DNA of 64,000 bases from Eledone cirrhosa. Lineage: Eukaryota. Position numbers and translations under genes: made by a program. The notes below the pieces were generated by a model that was given only the letters and a program-made list of their open reading frames with translations, was not told the DNA's origin and made no database searches. The first letter of the stretch is position 1. Each line of letters begins with the position of its first letter. The stretch lies in contig OZ024742.1 of NCBI GenBank assembly GCA_964016885.1, forward strand, positions 63,054,001 through 63,118,000, written 5' to 3'. This document shows positions 1 through 11,480 of this stretch, piece after piece.

Positions 1-3000
1 TAACTTCTTATTACCTGTCTCTCCGTCAGTCTGTCTTCTCTTAACTTCTTACTACATGTCTCTCTGTCAGTCTGTCATCTCTTAACTTCTTACTACCTGT
101 CTCTCAGTCAGTCTGTCATCTCTTAACTTTTTACTACTTGTCTCTCTTTCAGTCTGTCTTCTCTTAACTTCTTACTACCTGTCTCTCTGTCAGTCTGTCA
201 TCTCTTAACTTCTTACTATATGTCTCTCTGTCAGTCTGTCTTCTCTTAACTTCTTAATACATGTCTCTCTATCAGTCTGTCTTCTCTTAACTTCCTACTA
301 CCTGTCTCTCTGTCAGTCTGTCATCTCTTAACTTCTTACTATCTGTCTCTCTGTCAGTCTGTGTTCTCTTAACTCCTTACTACCTGCCTCTCTGTCAGTC
401 TGTCATCTCTTAACTTCTTACTACCTGTCTCTCTGTCAGTCTGTCTTCTCTTAACTTCTTACTACCTGTCTCTCAGTCAGTCTGTCTTCTCTTAACTTCT
501 TACTACCTGCCTCTCTGTCAGTCTGTCATCTCTTAACTTCTTATTACCTGTCTCTCCGTCAGTCTGTCTTCTCTTAACTTCTTACTACCTCTCTCTCTGT
601 CAGTCTGTCTTCTCTTAACTTCTTACTACCTGTCTCTCTGTCAGTCTGTCATCTCTTAACTTCTTACTACCTGTCTCTCAGTCAGTCTGTCATGTCTTAA
701 CTTCTTACTACCTGTCTCTCTGTCAGTCTGTCATCTCTTAACTTCTTCCTACCTGTCTCTCTGTCAGTCTGTCTTCTCTTAACTTCTTACTACATGTCTC
801 TCTGTCAGTCTCTCTTCTCTTAACTTCTTACTACCTGTCTCTCTGTCAGTCTTTCATCTCTTAACTTCTTACTACCTGTCTCTCTGTCAGTCTGTCTTCT
901 CTTAACTTCTTACTACCTGTCTCACTGTCAGTCAGTCATCTCATAACTTCTTACTACCTGTCTCTCTGTCAGTCTGTCAGCTTTTAACTTCTTACTACCT
1001 GTCTCTCTGTCAGTCTGTCTTCTATTAACTTCTTGCTACCTGTCTCTCTGTCAGTCTGTCATGTTCTAACTTCTTACTACCTGTCTCTCTGTCAGTCTGT
1101 CATCTCTTAACTTCTTACTACCTGTCTCTCTGTCAGTCTGTGTTCTCTTAACTCCTTACTACCTGCCTCTCTGTCAGTCTGTCATCTCTTAACTTCTTAC
1201 TAACTGTCTCTCTGTCAGTCTGTCTTCTCTTAACTTCTTAGTACCTGTCTCTCAGTCAGTCTGTCATCTCTTAACTTTTTACTACTTGTCTCTCTTTCAG
1301 TCTCTCTTCTCTTAACTTCTTACTACCTGTCTCTCTGTCAGTCTTTCAACTCTTAACTTCTTACTACCTGTCTCTCTGTCAGTCTGTCATCTCTTAACTT
1401 CTTACTACCTGTCTCTCTGTCAGTCTGTCATCTCTTAACTAATTACTATCTGTCTCTCTGTCAGTCTGTGTTCTCTTAACTCCTTACTACCTGTCTCTCT
1501 GTCAGTCTGTCATCTCCTAACTTCTTGCTACATGTCTCTCTGTCAGTCTCTCTTCTCTTAACTTCTTACTACCTGTCTCTCTGTCAGTCTGTCATCTCTT
1601 AACTTCTTACTACCTGTCTCTCTGTCAATCTGTCTTCTCTTAACATCTTACTACCTGTCTCTCTGTCGGTCTCTCTTCTCTTAACTTCTTACTACCTGTC
1701 TCTCAGTCAGTCTGTCTTCTATTAACTTCTTGCTACCTGTCTCTCTGTCAGTCTGTCATGTCTTAACTTCTTACTACCTGTCTCTCCGTCAGTCTGTCTT
1801 GTCTTAACTTCTTACTACCTGTCTCTCTGTCAGTCTGTCATCTCTTAACTTCTTCCTACCTGTCTCTCTGTCAGTCTGTCTTCTCTTAACTTCTTACTAC
1901 ATGTCTCTCTGTCAGACTGTCTTCTCTTAACTTCTTACTATCTGTCTCTCTGTCAGTCTCTCATCTCTTAACTTTTTACTATTTGTCTCTCTTTCAGTCT
2001 CTCTTCTCTTAACTTCTTACTACCTGTCTCTCTGTCAGTCTTTCATCTCTTAACTTCTTACTACCTGTCTCTCTGTCAGTCTGTCTTCTCTTAACTTCCT
2101 ACTACCTGTCTCACTGTCAGTCAGTCATCTCTTAACTTCTTACTACCTGTCTCTCTGTCAGTCTGTCAGCTTTTAACTTCTTACTACCTGTCTCTCTGTC
2201 AGTCTGTCTTCTATTAACTTCTTGCTACCTGTCTCTCTGTCAGTCTGTCATGTCTTAACTTCTTACTACCTGTCTCTCTGTCAGTCTGTCATCTCTTAAC
2301 TTCTTACTACCTGTCTCTCTGTCAGTCTGTGTTCTCTTAACTCCTTACTACCTGCCTCTCTGTCAGTCTGTCATCTCTTAACTTCTTACTAACTGTCTCT
2401 CTGTCAGTCTGTCTTCTCTTAACTTCTTAGTACCTGTCTCTCAGTCAGTCTGTCATCTCTTAACTTTTTACTACTTGTCTCTCTTTCAGTCTCTCTTCTC
2501 TTAACTTCTTACTACCTGTCTCTCTGTCAGTCTTTCATCTCTTAACTTCTTACTACCTGTTTCTCTGTCAGTCTGTCATCTCTTAACTTCTTACTACCTG
2601 TCTCTCTGTCAGTCTGTCATCTCTTAACTACTTACTATCTGTCTCTCTGTCAGTCTGTGTTCTCTTAACTCCTTACTACCTGTCTCTCTGTCAGTCTGTC
2701 ATCTCCTAACTTCTTGCTACATGTCTCTCTGTCAGTCTCTCTTCTCTTAACTTCTTACTACCTGTCTCTCTGTCAGTCTGTCATCTCTTAACTTCTTACT
2801 ACCTGTCTCTCTGTCAGTCTGTCTTCTCTTAACTTCTTACTACCTGTCTCTCTGTCGGTCTCTCTTCTCTTAACTTCTTACTACCTGTCTCTCTGTCAGT
2901 CTGTCATCTCTTAACTACTTACTATCTGTCTCTCTGTCAGTCTGTGTTCTCTTAACTCCTTACTACCTGTCTCTCTGTCAGTCTGTCATCTCCTAACTTC

Positions 3001-5200
3001 TTGCTACATGTCTCTCTGTCAGTCTCTCTTCTCTTAACTTCTTACTACCTGTCTCTCTGTCAGTCTGTCATCTCTTAACTTCTTACTACCTGTCTCTCAG
3101 TCAGTCTGTCTTCTCTTAACTTCTTACTACCTGTCTCTCAGTCAGTCTGTCTTCTCTTAACTTCTTACTAGCTGCCTCTCTGTCAGTCTGTCATCTCTTA
3201 ACTTCTTACTACCTGTCTCTCTGTCAGTCTGTCTTCTCTTAACTTCTTACTACCTGTCTCTCTGTCAGTCTGTCTTCTCTTAACTTCTTACTACCTGTCT
3301 CTCTGTCAGTCTGTCATCTCTTAACTTCTTACTACCTGTCTCTCAGTCAGTCTGTCTTCTCTTAACTTCTTACTACCTGTCTCTCTGTCAGTCTGTCATC
3401 TCTTAACTTCTTACTACCTGTCTCTCAGTCAGTCTGTCTTCTCTTAACTTCTTACTACCTGCCTCTCTGTCAGTCTGTCATCTCTTAACTTCTTATTACC
3501 TGTCTCTCCGTCAGTCTGTCTTCTCTTAACTTCTTACTACATGTCTCTCTGTCAGTCTGTCATCTCTTAACTTCTTACTACCTGTCTCTCAGTCAGTCTG
3601 TCATCTCTTAACTTTTTACTACTTGTCTCTCTTTCAGTCTGTCTTCTCTTAACTTCTTACTACCTGTCTCTCTGTCAGTCTGTCATCTCTTAACTTCTTA
3701 CTATCTGTCTCTCTGTCAGTCTGTCTTCTCTTAACTTCTTAATACATGTCTCTCTATCAGTCTGTCTTCTCTTAACTTCCTACTACCTGTCTCTCTGTCA
3801 GTCTGTCATCTCTTAACTTCTTACTATCTGTCTCTCTGTCAGTCTGTGTTCTCTTAACTCCTTACTACCTGCCTCTCTGTCAGTCTGTCATCTCTTAACT
3901 TCTTACTACCTGTCTCTCTGTCAGTCTGTCTTCTCTTAACTTCTTACTACCTGTCTCTCAGTCAGTCTGTCTTCTCTTAACTTCTTACTACCTGCCTCTC
4001 TGTCAGTCTGTCATCTCTTAACTTCTTATTACCTGTCTCTCCGTCAGTCTGTCTTCTCTTAACTTCTTACTACCTCTCTCTCTGTCAGTCTGTCTTCTCT
4101 TAACTTCTTACTACCTGTCTCTCTGTCAGTCTGTCATCTCTTAACTTCTTACTACCTGTCTCTCAGTCAGTCTGTCATGTCTTAACTTCTTACTACCTGT
4201 CTCTCTGTCAGTCTGTCATCTCTTAACTTCTTCCTACCTGTCTCTCTGTCAGTCTGTCTTCTCTTAACTTCTTACTACATGTCTCTCTGTCAGTCTCTCT
4301 TCTCTTAACTTCTTACTACCTGTCTCTCTGTCAGTCTTTCATCTCTTAACTTCTTACTACCTGTCTCTCTGTCAGTCTGTCTTCTCTTAACTTCTTACTA
4401 CCTGTCTCACTGTCAGTCAGTCATCTCTTAACTTCTTACTACCTGTCTCTCTGTCAGTCTGTCAGCTTTTAACTTCTTACTACCTGTCTCTCTGTCAGTC
4501 TGTCTTCTATTAACTTCTTGCTACCTGTCTCTCTGTCAGTCTGTCATGTTCTAACTTCTTACTACCTGTCTCTCTGTCAGTCTGTCATCTCTTAACTTCT
4601 TACTACCTGTCTCTCTGTCAGTCTGTGTTCTCTTAACTCCTTACTACCTGCCTCTCTGTCAGTCTGTCATCTCTTAACTTCTTACTAACTGTCTCTCTGT
4701 CAGTCTGTCTTCTCTTAACTTCTTAGTACCTGTCTCTCAGTCAGTCTGTCATCTCTTAACTTTTTACTACTTGTCTCTCTTTCAGTCTCTCTTCTCTTAA
4801 CTTCTTACTACCTGTCTCTCTGTCAGTCTTTCAACTCTTAACTTCTTACTACCTGTCTCTCTGTCAGTCTGTCATCTCTTAACTTCTTACTACCTGTCTC
4901 TCTGTCAGTCTGTCATCTCTTAACTAATTACTATCTGTCTCTCTGTCAGTCTGTGTTCTCTTAACTCCTTACTACCTGTCTCTCTGTCAGTCTGTCATCT
5001 CCTAACTTCTTGCTACATGTCTCTCTGTCAGTCTCTCTTCTCTTAACTTCTTACTACCTGTCTCTCTGTCAGTCTGTCATCTCTTAACTTCTTACTACCT
5101 GTCTCTCTGTCAGTCTGTCTTCTCTTAACATCTTACTACCTGTCTCTCTGTCGGTCTCTCTTCTCTTAACTTCTTACTACCTGTCTCTCAGTCAGTCTGT
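1..5200. repeat. Higher-order duplication at an 85-monomer (3,485 bp) offset: 1-~1715 recurs at 3486-~5200
   Basis: Rare markers TAACTAATTA at 1436 and 4921, and TTAGTACC (G at 1241 and 4726), are each 3,485 = 85x41 apart. CATGTTCTAAC and TTTCAACTC recur likewise. Confidence 0.9.
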
Positions 5201-8200
5201 CATCTCTTAACTTTTTACTATCTGTCTATCATTCAGTCTCTCTTCTCTTAACTTCTTACTACCTGTCTCTCTGTCAGTCTGTCATCTCTTAACTTCTTAC
5301 TACCTGTCTCTCTGTCAGTCTGTCATCTCTTAACTTCTAACTACCTGTCTCTCTGTCAGTTTGTCATCTCTTAACTTCTTACTACCTCTCTCTCAGTCAG
5401 TCTGTCTTCTCTTAACTTCTTATTACCTGTCTCTCTGTCAGTCTGTCATCTCTTAACTTCTTACTACCTGTCTCTCAGTCAGTCTGTCTTCTCTTAACTT
5501 CTTACTACCTGTCTCTCAGTCAGTCTGTCTTCTCTTAACTTCTTACTAGCTGCCTCTCTGTCAGTCTGTCATCTCTTAACTTCTTACTACCTGTCTCTCT
5601 GTCAGTCTGTCTTCTCTTAACTTCTTACTACCTGTCTCTCTGTCAGTCTGTCTTCTCTTAACTTCTTACTACCTGTCTCTCTGTCAGTCTGTCATCTCTT
5701 AACTTCTTACTACCTGTCTCTCAGTCAGTCTGTCTTCTCTTAACTTCTTACTACCTGTCTCTCTGTCAGTCTGTCATCTCTTAACTTCTTACTACCTGTC
5801 TCTCAGTCAGTCTGTCTTCTCTTAACTTCTTACTACCTGCCTCTCTGTCAGTCTGTCATCTCTTAACTTCTTATTACCTGTCTCTCCGTCAGTCTGTCTT
5901 CTCTTAACTTCTTACTACATGTCTCTCTGTCAGTCTGTCATCTCTTAACTTCTTACTACCTGTCTCTCAGTCAGTCTGTCATCTCTTAACTTTTTACTAC
6001 TTGTCTCTCTTTCAGTCTGTCTTCTCTTAACTTCTTACTACCTGTCTCTCTGTCAGTCTGTCATCTCTTAACTTCTTACTATCTGTCTCTCTGTCAGTCT
6101 GTCTTCTCTTAACTTCTTAATACATGTCTCTCTATCAGTCTGTCTTCTCTTAACTTCCTACTACCTGTCTCTCTGTCAGTCTGTCATCTCTTAACTTCTT
6201 ACTATCTGTCTCTCTGTCAGTCTGTGTTCTCTTAACTCCTTACTACCTGCCTCTCTGTCAGTCTGTCATCTCTTAACTTCTTACTACCTGTCTCTCTGTC
6301 AGTCTGTCTTCTCTTAACTTCTTACTACCTGTCTCTCAGTCAGTCTGTCTTCTCTTAACTTCTTACTACCTGCCTCTCTGTCAGTCTGTCATCTCTTAAC
6401 TTCTTATTACCTGTCTCTCCGTCAGTCTGTCTTCTCTTAACTTCTTACTACCTGTCTCTCTGTCGGTCTCTCTTCTCTTAACTTCTTACTACCTGTCTCT
6501 CAGTCAGTCTGTCTTCTATTAACTTCTTGCTACCTGTCTCTCTGTCAGTCTGTCATGTCTTAACTTCTTACTACCTGTCTCTCCGTCAGTCTGTCTTGTC
6601 TTAACTTCTTACTACCTGTCTCTCTGTCAGTCTGTCATCTCTTAACTTCTTCCTACCTGTCTCTCTGTCAGTCTGTCTTCTCTTAACTTCTTACTACATG
6701 TCTCTCTGTCAGACTGTCTTCTCTTAACTTCTTACTATCTGTCTCTCTGTCAGTCTCTCATCTCTTAACTTTTTACTATTTGTCTCTCTTTCAGTCTCTC
6801 TTCTCTTAACTTCTTACTACCTGTCTCTCTGTCAGTCTTTCATCTCTTAACTTCTTACTACCTGTCTCTCTGTCAGTCTGTCTTCTCTTAACTTCCTACT
6901 ACCTGTCTCACTGTCAGTCAGTCATCTCTTAACTTCTTACTACCTGTCTCTCTGTCAGTCTGTCAGCTTTTAACTTCTTACTACCTGTCTCTCTGTCAGT
7001 CTGTCTTCTATTAACTTCTTGCTACCTGTCTCTCTGTCAGTCTGTCATGTCTTAACTTCTTACTACCTGTCTCTCTGTCAGTCTGTCATCTCTTAACTTC
7101 TTACTACCTGTCTCTCTGTCAGTCTGTGTTCTCTTAACTCCTTACTACCTGCCTCTCTGTCAGTCTGTCATCTCTTAACTTCTTACTAACTGTCTCTCTG
7201 TCAGTCTGTCTTCTCTTAACTTCTTAGTACCTGTCTCTCAGTCAGTCTGTCATCTCTTAACTTTTTACTACTTGTCTCTCTTTCAGTCTCTCTTCTCTTA
7301 ACTTCTTACTACCTGTCTCTCTGTCAGTCTTTCATCTCTTAACTTCTTACTACCTGTCTCTCTGTCAGTCTGTCATCTCTTAACTTCTTACTACCTGTCT
7401 CTCTGTCAGTCTGTCATCTCTTAACTACTTACTATCTGTCTCTCTGTCAGTCTGTGTTCTCTTAACTCCTTACTACCTGTCTCTCTGTCAGTCTGTCATC
7501 TCCTAACTTCTTGCTACATGTCTCTCTGTCAGTCTCTCTTCTCTTAACTTCTTACTACCTGTCTCTCTGTCAGTCTGTCATCTCTTAACTTCTTACTACC
7601 TGTCTCTCTGTCAGTCTGTCTTCGCTTAACTTCTTACTACCTGTCTCTCTGTCGGTCTCTCTTCTCTTAACTTCTTACTACCTGTCTCTCTGTCAGTCTG
7701 TCATCTCTTAACTACTTACTATCTGTCTCTCTGTCAGTCTGTGTTCTCTTAACTCCTTACTACCTGTCTCTCTGTCAGTCTGTCATCTCCTAACTTCTTG
7801 CTACATGTCTCTCTGTCAGTCTCTCTTCTCTTAACTTCTTACTACCTGTCTCTCTGTCAGTCTGTCATCTCTTAACTTCTTACTACCTGTCTCTCAGTCA
7901 GTCTGTCTTCTCTTAACTTCTTACTACCTGTCTCTCAGTCAGTCTGTCTTCTCTTAACTTCTTACTAGCTGCCTCTCTGTCAGTCTGTCATCTCTTAACT
8001 TCTTACTACCTGTCTCTCTGTCAGTCTGTCTTCTCTTAACTTCTTACTACCTGTCTCTCTGTCAGTCTGTCTTCTCTTAACTTCTTACTACCTGTCTCTC
8101 TGTCAGTCTGTCATCTCTTAACTTCTTACTACCTGTCTCTCAGTCAGTCTGTCTTCTCTTAACTTCTTACTACCTGTCTCTCTGTCAGTCTGTCATCTCT

Positions 8201-11200
8201 TAACTTCTTACTACCTGTCTCTCAGTCAGTCTGTCTTCTCTTAACTTCTTACTACCTGCCTCTCTGTCAGTCTGTCATCTCTTAACTTCTTATTACCTGT
8301 CTCTCCGTCAGTCTGTCTTCTCTTAACTTCTTACTACATGTCTCTCTGTCAGTCTGTCATCTCTTAACTTCTTACTACCTGTCTCTCAGTCAGTCTGTCA
8401 TCTCTTAACTTTTTACTACTTGTCTCTCTTTCAGTCTGTCTTCTCTTAACTTCTTACTACCTGTCTCTCTGTCAGTCTGTCATCTCTTAACTTCTTACTA
8501 TCTGTCTCTCTGTCAGTCTGTCTTCTCTTAACTTCTTAATACATGTCTCTCTATCAGTCTGTCTTCTCTTAACTTCCTACTACCTGTCTCTCTGTCAGTC
8601 TGTCATCTCTTAACTTCTTACTATCTGTCTCTCTGTCAGTCTGTGTTCTCTTAACTCCTTACTACCTGCCTCTCTGTCAGTCTGTCATCTCTTAACTTCT
8701 TACTACCTGTCTCTCTGTCAGTCTGTCTTCTCTTAACTTCTTACTACCTGTCTCTCAGTCAGTCTGTCTTCTCTTAACTTCTTACTACCTGCCTCTCTGT
8801 CAGTCTGTCATCTCTTAACTTCTTATTACCTGTCTCTCCGTCAGTCTGTCTTCTCTTAACTTCTTACTACCTCTCTCTCTGTCAGTCTGTCTTCTCTTAA
8901 CTTCTTACTACCTGTCTCTCTGTCAGTCTGTCATCTCTTAACTTCTTACTACCTGTCTCTCAGTCAGTCTGTCATGTCTTAACTTCTTACTACCTGTCTC
9001 TCTGTCAGTCTGTCATCTCTTAACTTCTTCCTACCTGTCTCTCTGTCAGTCTGTCTTCTCTTAACTTCTTACTACATGTCTCTCTGTCAGTCTCTCTTCT
9101 CTTAACTTCTTACTACCTGTCTCTCTGTCAGTCTTTCATCTCTTAACTTCTTACTACCTGTCTCTCTGTCAGTCTGTCTTCTCTTAACTTCTTACTACCT
9201 GTCTCACTGTCAGTCAGTCATCTCTTAACTTCTTACTACCTGTCTCTCTGTCAGTCTGTCAGCTTTTAACTTCTTACTACCTGTCTCTCTGTCAGTCTGT
9301 CTTCTATTAACTTCTTGCTACCTGTCTCTCTGTCAGTCTGTCATGTTCTAACTTCTTACTACCTGTCTCTCTGTCAGTCTGTCATCTCTTAACTTCTTAC
9401 TACCTGTCTCTCTGTCAGTCTGTGTTCTCTTAACTCCTTACTACCTGCCTCTCTGTCAGTCTGTCATCTCTTAACTTCTTACTAACTGTCTCTCTGTCAG
9501 TCTGTCTTCTCTTAACTTCTTAGTACCTGTCTCTCAGTCAGTCTGTCATCTCTTAACTTTTTACTACTTGTCTCTCTTTCAGTCTCTCTTCTCTTAACTT
9601 CTTACTACCTGTCTCTCTGTCAGTCTTTCAACTCTTAACTTCTTACTACCTGTCTCTCTGTCAGTCTGTCATCTCTTAACTTCTTACTACCTGTCTCTCT
9701 GTCAGTCTGTCATCTCTTAACTAATTACTATCTGTCTCTCTGTCAGTCTGTGTTCTCTTAACTCCTTACTACCTGTCTCTCTGTCAGTCTGTCATCTCCT
9801 AACTTCTTGCTACATGTCTCTCTGTCAGTCTCTCTTCTCTTAACTTCTTACTACCTGTCTCTCTGTCAGTCTGTCATCTCTTAACTTCTTACTACCTGTC
9901 TCTCTGTCAGTCTGTCTTCTCTTAACATCTTACTACCTGTCTCTCTGTCGGTCTCTCTTCTCTTAACTTCTTACTACCTGTCTCTCAGTCAGTCTGTCAT
10001 CTCTTAACTTTTTACTATCTGTCTATCATTCAGTCTCTCTTCTCTTAACTTCTTACTACCTGTCTCTCTGTCAGTCTGTCATCTCTTAACTTCTTACTAC
10101 CTGTCTCTCTGTCAGTCTGTCATCTCTTAACTTCTAACTACCTGTCTCTCTGTCAGTTTGTCATCTCTTAACTTCTTACTACCTCTCTCTCAGTCAGTCT
10201 GTCTTCTCTTAACTTCTTATTACCTGTCTCTCTGTCAGTCTGTCATCTCTTAACTTCTTACTACCTGTCTCTCAGTCAGTCTGTCTTCTCTTAACTTCTT
10301 ACTACCTGTCTCTCAGTCAGTCTGTCTTCTCTTAACTTCTTACTAGCTGCCTCTCTGTCAGTCTGTCATCTCTTAACTTCTTACTACCTGTCTCTCTGTC
10401 AGTCTGTCTTCTCTTAACTTCTTACTACCTGTCTCTCTGTCAGTCTGTCTTCTCTTAACTTCTTACTACCTGTCTCTCTGTCAGTCTGTCATCTCTTAAC
10501 TTCTTACTACCTGTCTCTCAGTCAGTCTGTCTTCTCTTAACTTCTTACTACCTGTCTCTCTGTCAGTCTGTCATCTCTTAACTTCTTACTACCTGTCTCT
10601 CAGTCAGTCTGTCTTCTCTTAACTTCTTACTACCTGCCTCTCTGTCAGTCTGTCATCTCTTAACTTCTTATTACCTGTCTCTCCGTCAGTCTGTCTTCTC
10701 TTAACTTCTTACTACATGTCTCTCTGTCAGTCTGTCATCTCTTAACTTCTTACTACCTGTCTCTCAGTCAGTCTGTCATCTCTTAACTTTTTACTACTTG
10801 TCTCTCTTTCAGTCTGTCTTCTCTTAACTTCTTACTACCTGTCTCTCTGTCAGTCTGTCATCTCTTAACTTCTTACTATCTGTCTCTCTGTCAGTCTGTC
10901 TTCTCTTAACTTCTTAATACATGTCTCTCTATCAGTCTGTCTTCTCTTAACTTCCTACTACCTGTCTCTCTGTCAGTCTGTCATCTCTTAACTTCTTACT
11001 ATCTGTCTCTCTGTCAGTCTGTGTTCTCTTAACTCCTTACTACCTGCCTCTCTGTCAGTCTGTCATCTCTTAACTTCTTACTACCTGTCTCTCTGTCAGT
11101 CTGTCTTCTCTTAACTTCTTACTACCTGTCTCTCAGTCAGTCTGTCTTCTCTTAACTTCTTACTACCTGCCTCTCTGTCAGTCTGTCATCTCTTAACTTC

Positions 11201-11250
11201 TTATTACCTGTCTCTCCGTCAGTCTGTCTTCTCTTAACTTCTTACTACCT
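1646..11250. repeat. Two tandem copies of a 117-monomer (4,797 bp) higher-order unit, itself made of related 58- and 59-monomer halves
   Basis: TAACTAATTA at 4921/9718 and TTAGTACC G at 2430/7227 and 4726/9523 are all 4,797 = 117x41 apart. TAGCTGCC G at 3171, 5549, 7968 and 10346 gives spacings of 58, 59 and 58 monomers. Confidence 0.92.
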
Positions 11251-11480
11251 CTCTCTCTGTCAGTCTGTCTTCTCTTAACTTCTTACTACCTGTCTCTCTG
11301 TCAGTCTGTCATCTCTTAACTTCTTACTACCTGTCTCTCAGTCAGTCTGTCTTCTCTTAACTTCTTCCTACCTGTCTCTCAGTCAGTCTGTCTTCTCTTA
11401 ACTTCTTACTACCTGTCGCTCTGTCAGTCTGTCATCTCTTAACTTCTTACTACATGTCTCTCTGTCAGTCTGTCTTCTCT

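Noticed and set aside
16-21. TGTCTC auxin-response element repeated in each monomer
   Set aside because: A 6-mer in CT-rich DNA, with no evidence that the host is a plant or that a gene lies nearby.
1-2460. Strict 82-bp dimer from A/T alternation at position 36
   Set aside because: The observed order (T,A,A,T,A,T,T,A...) is not regularly alternating.
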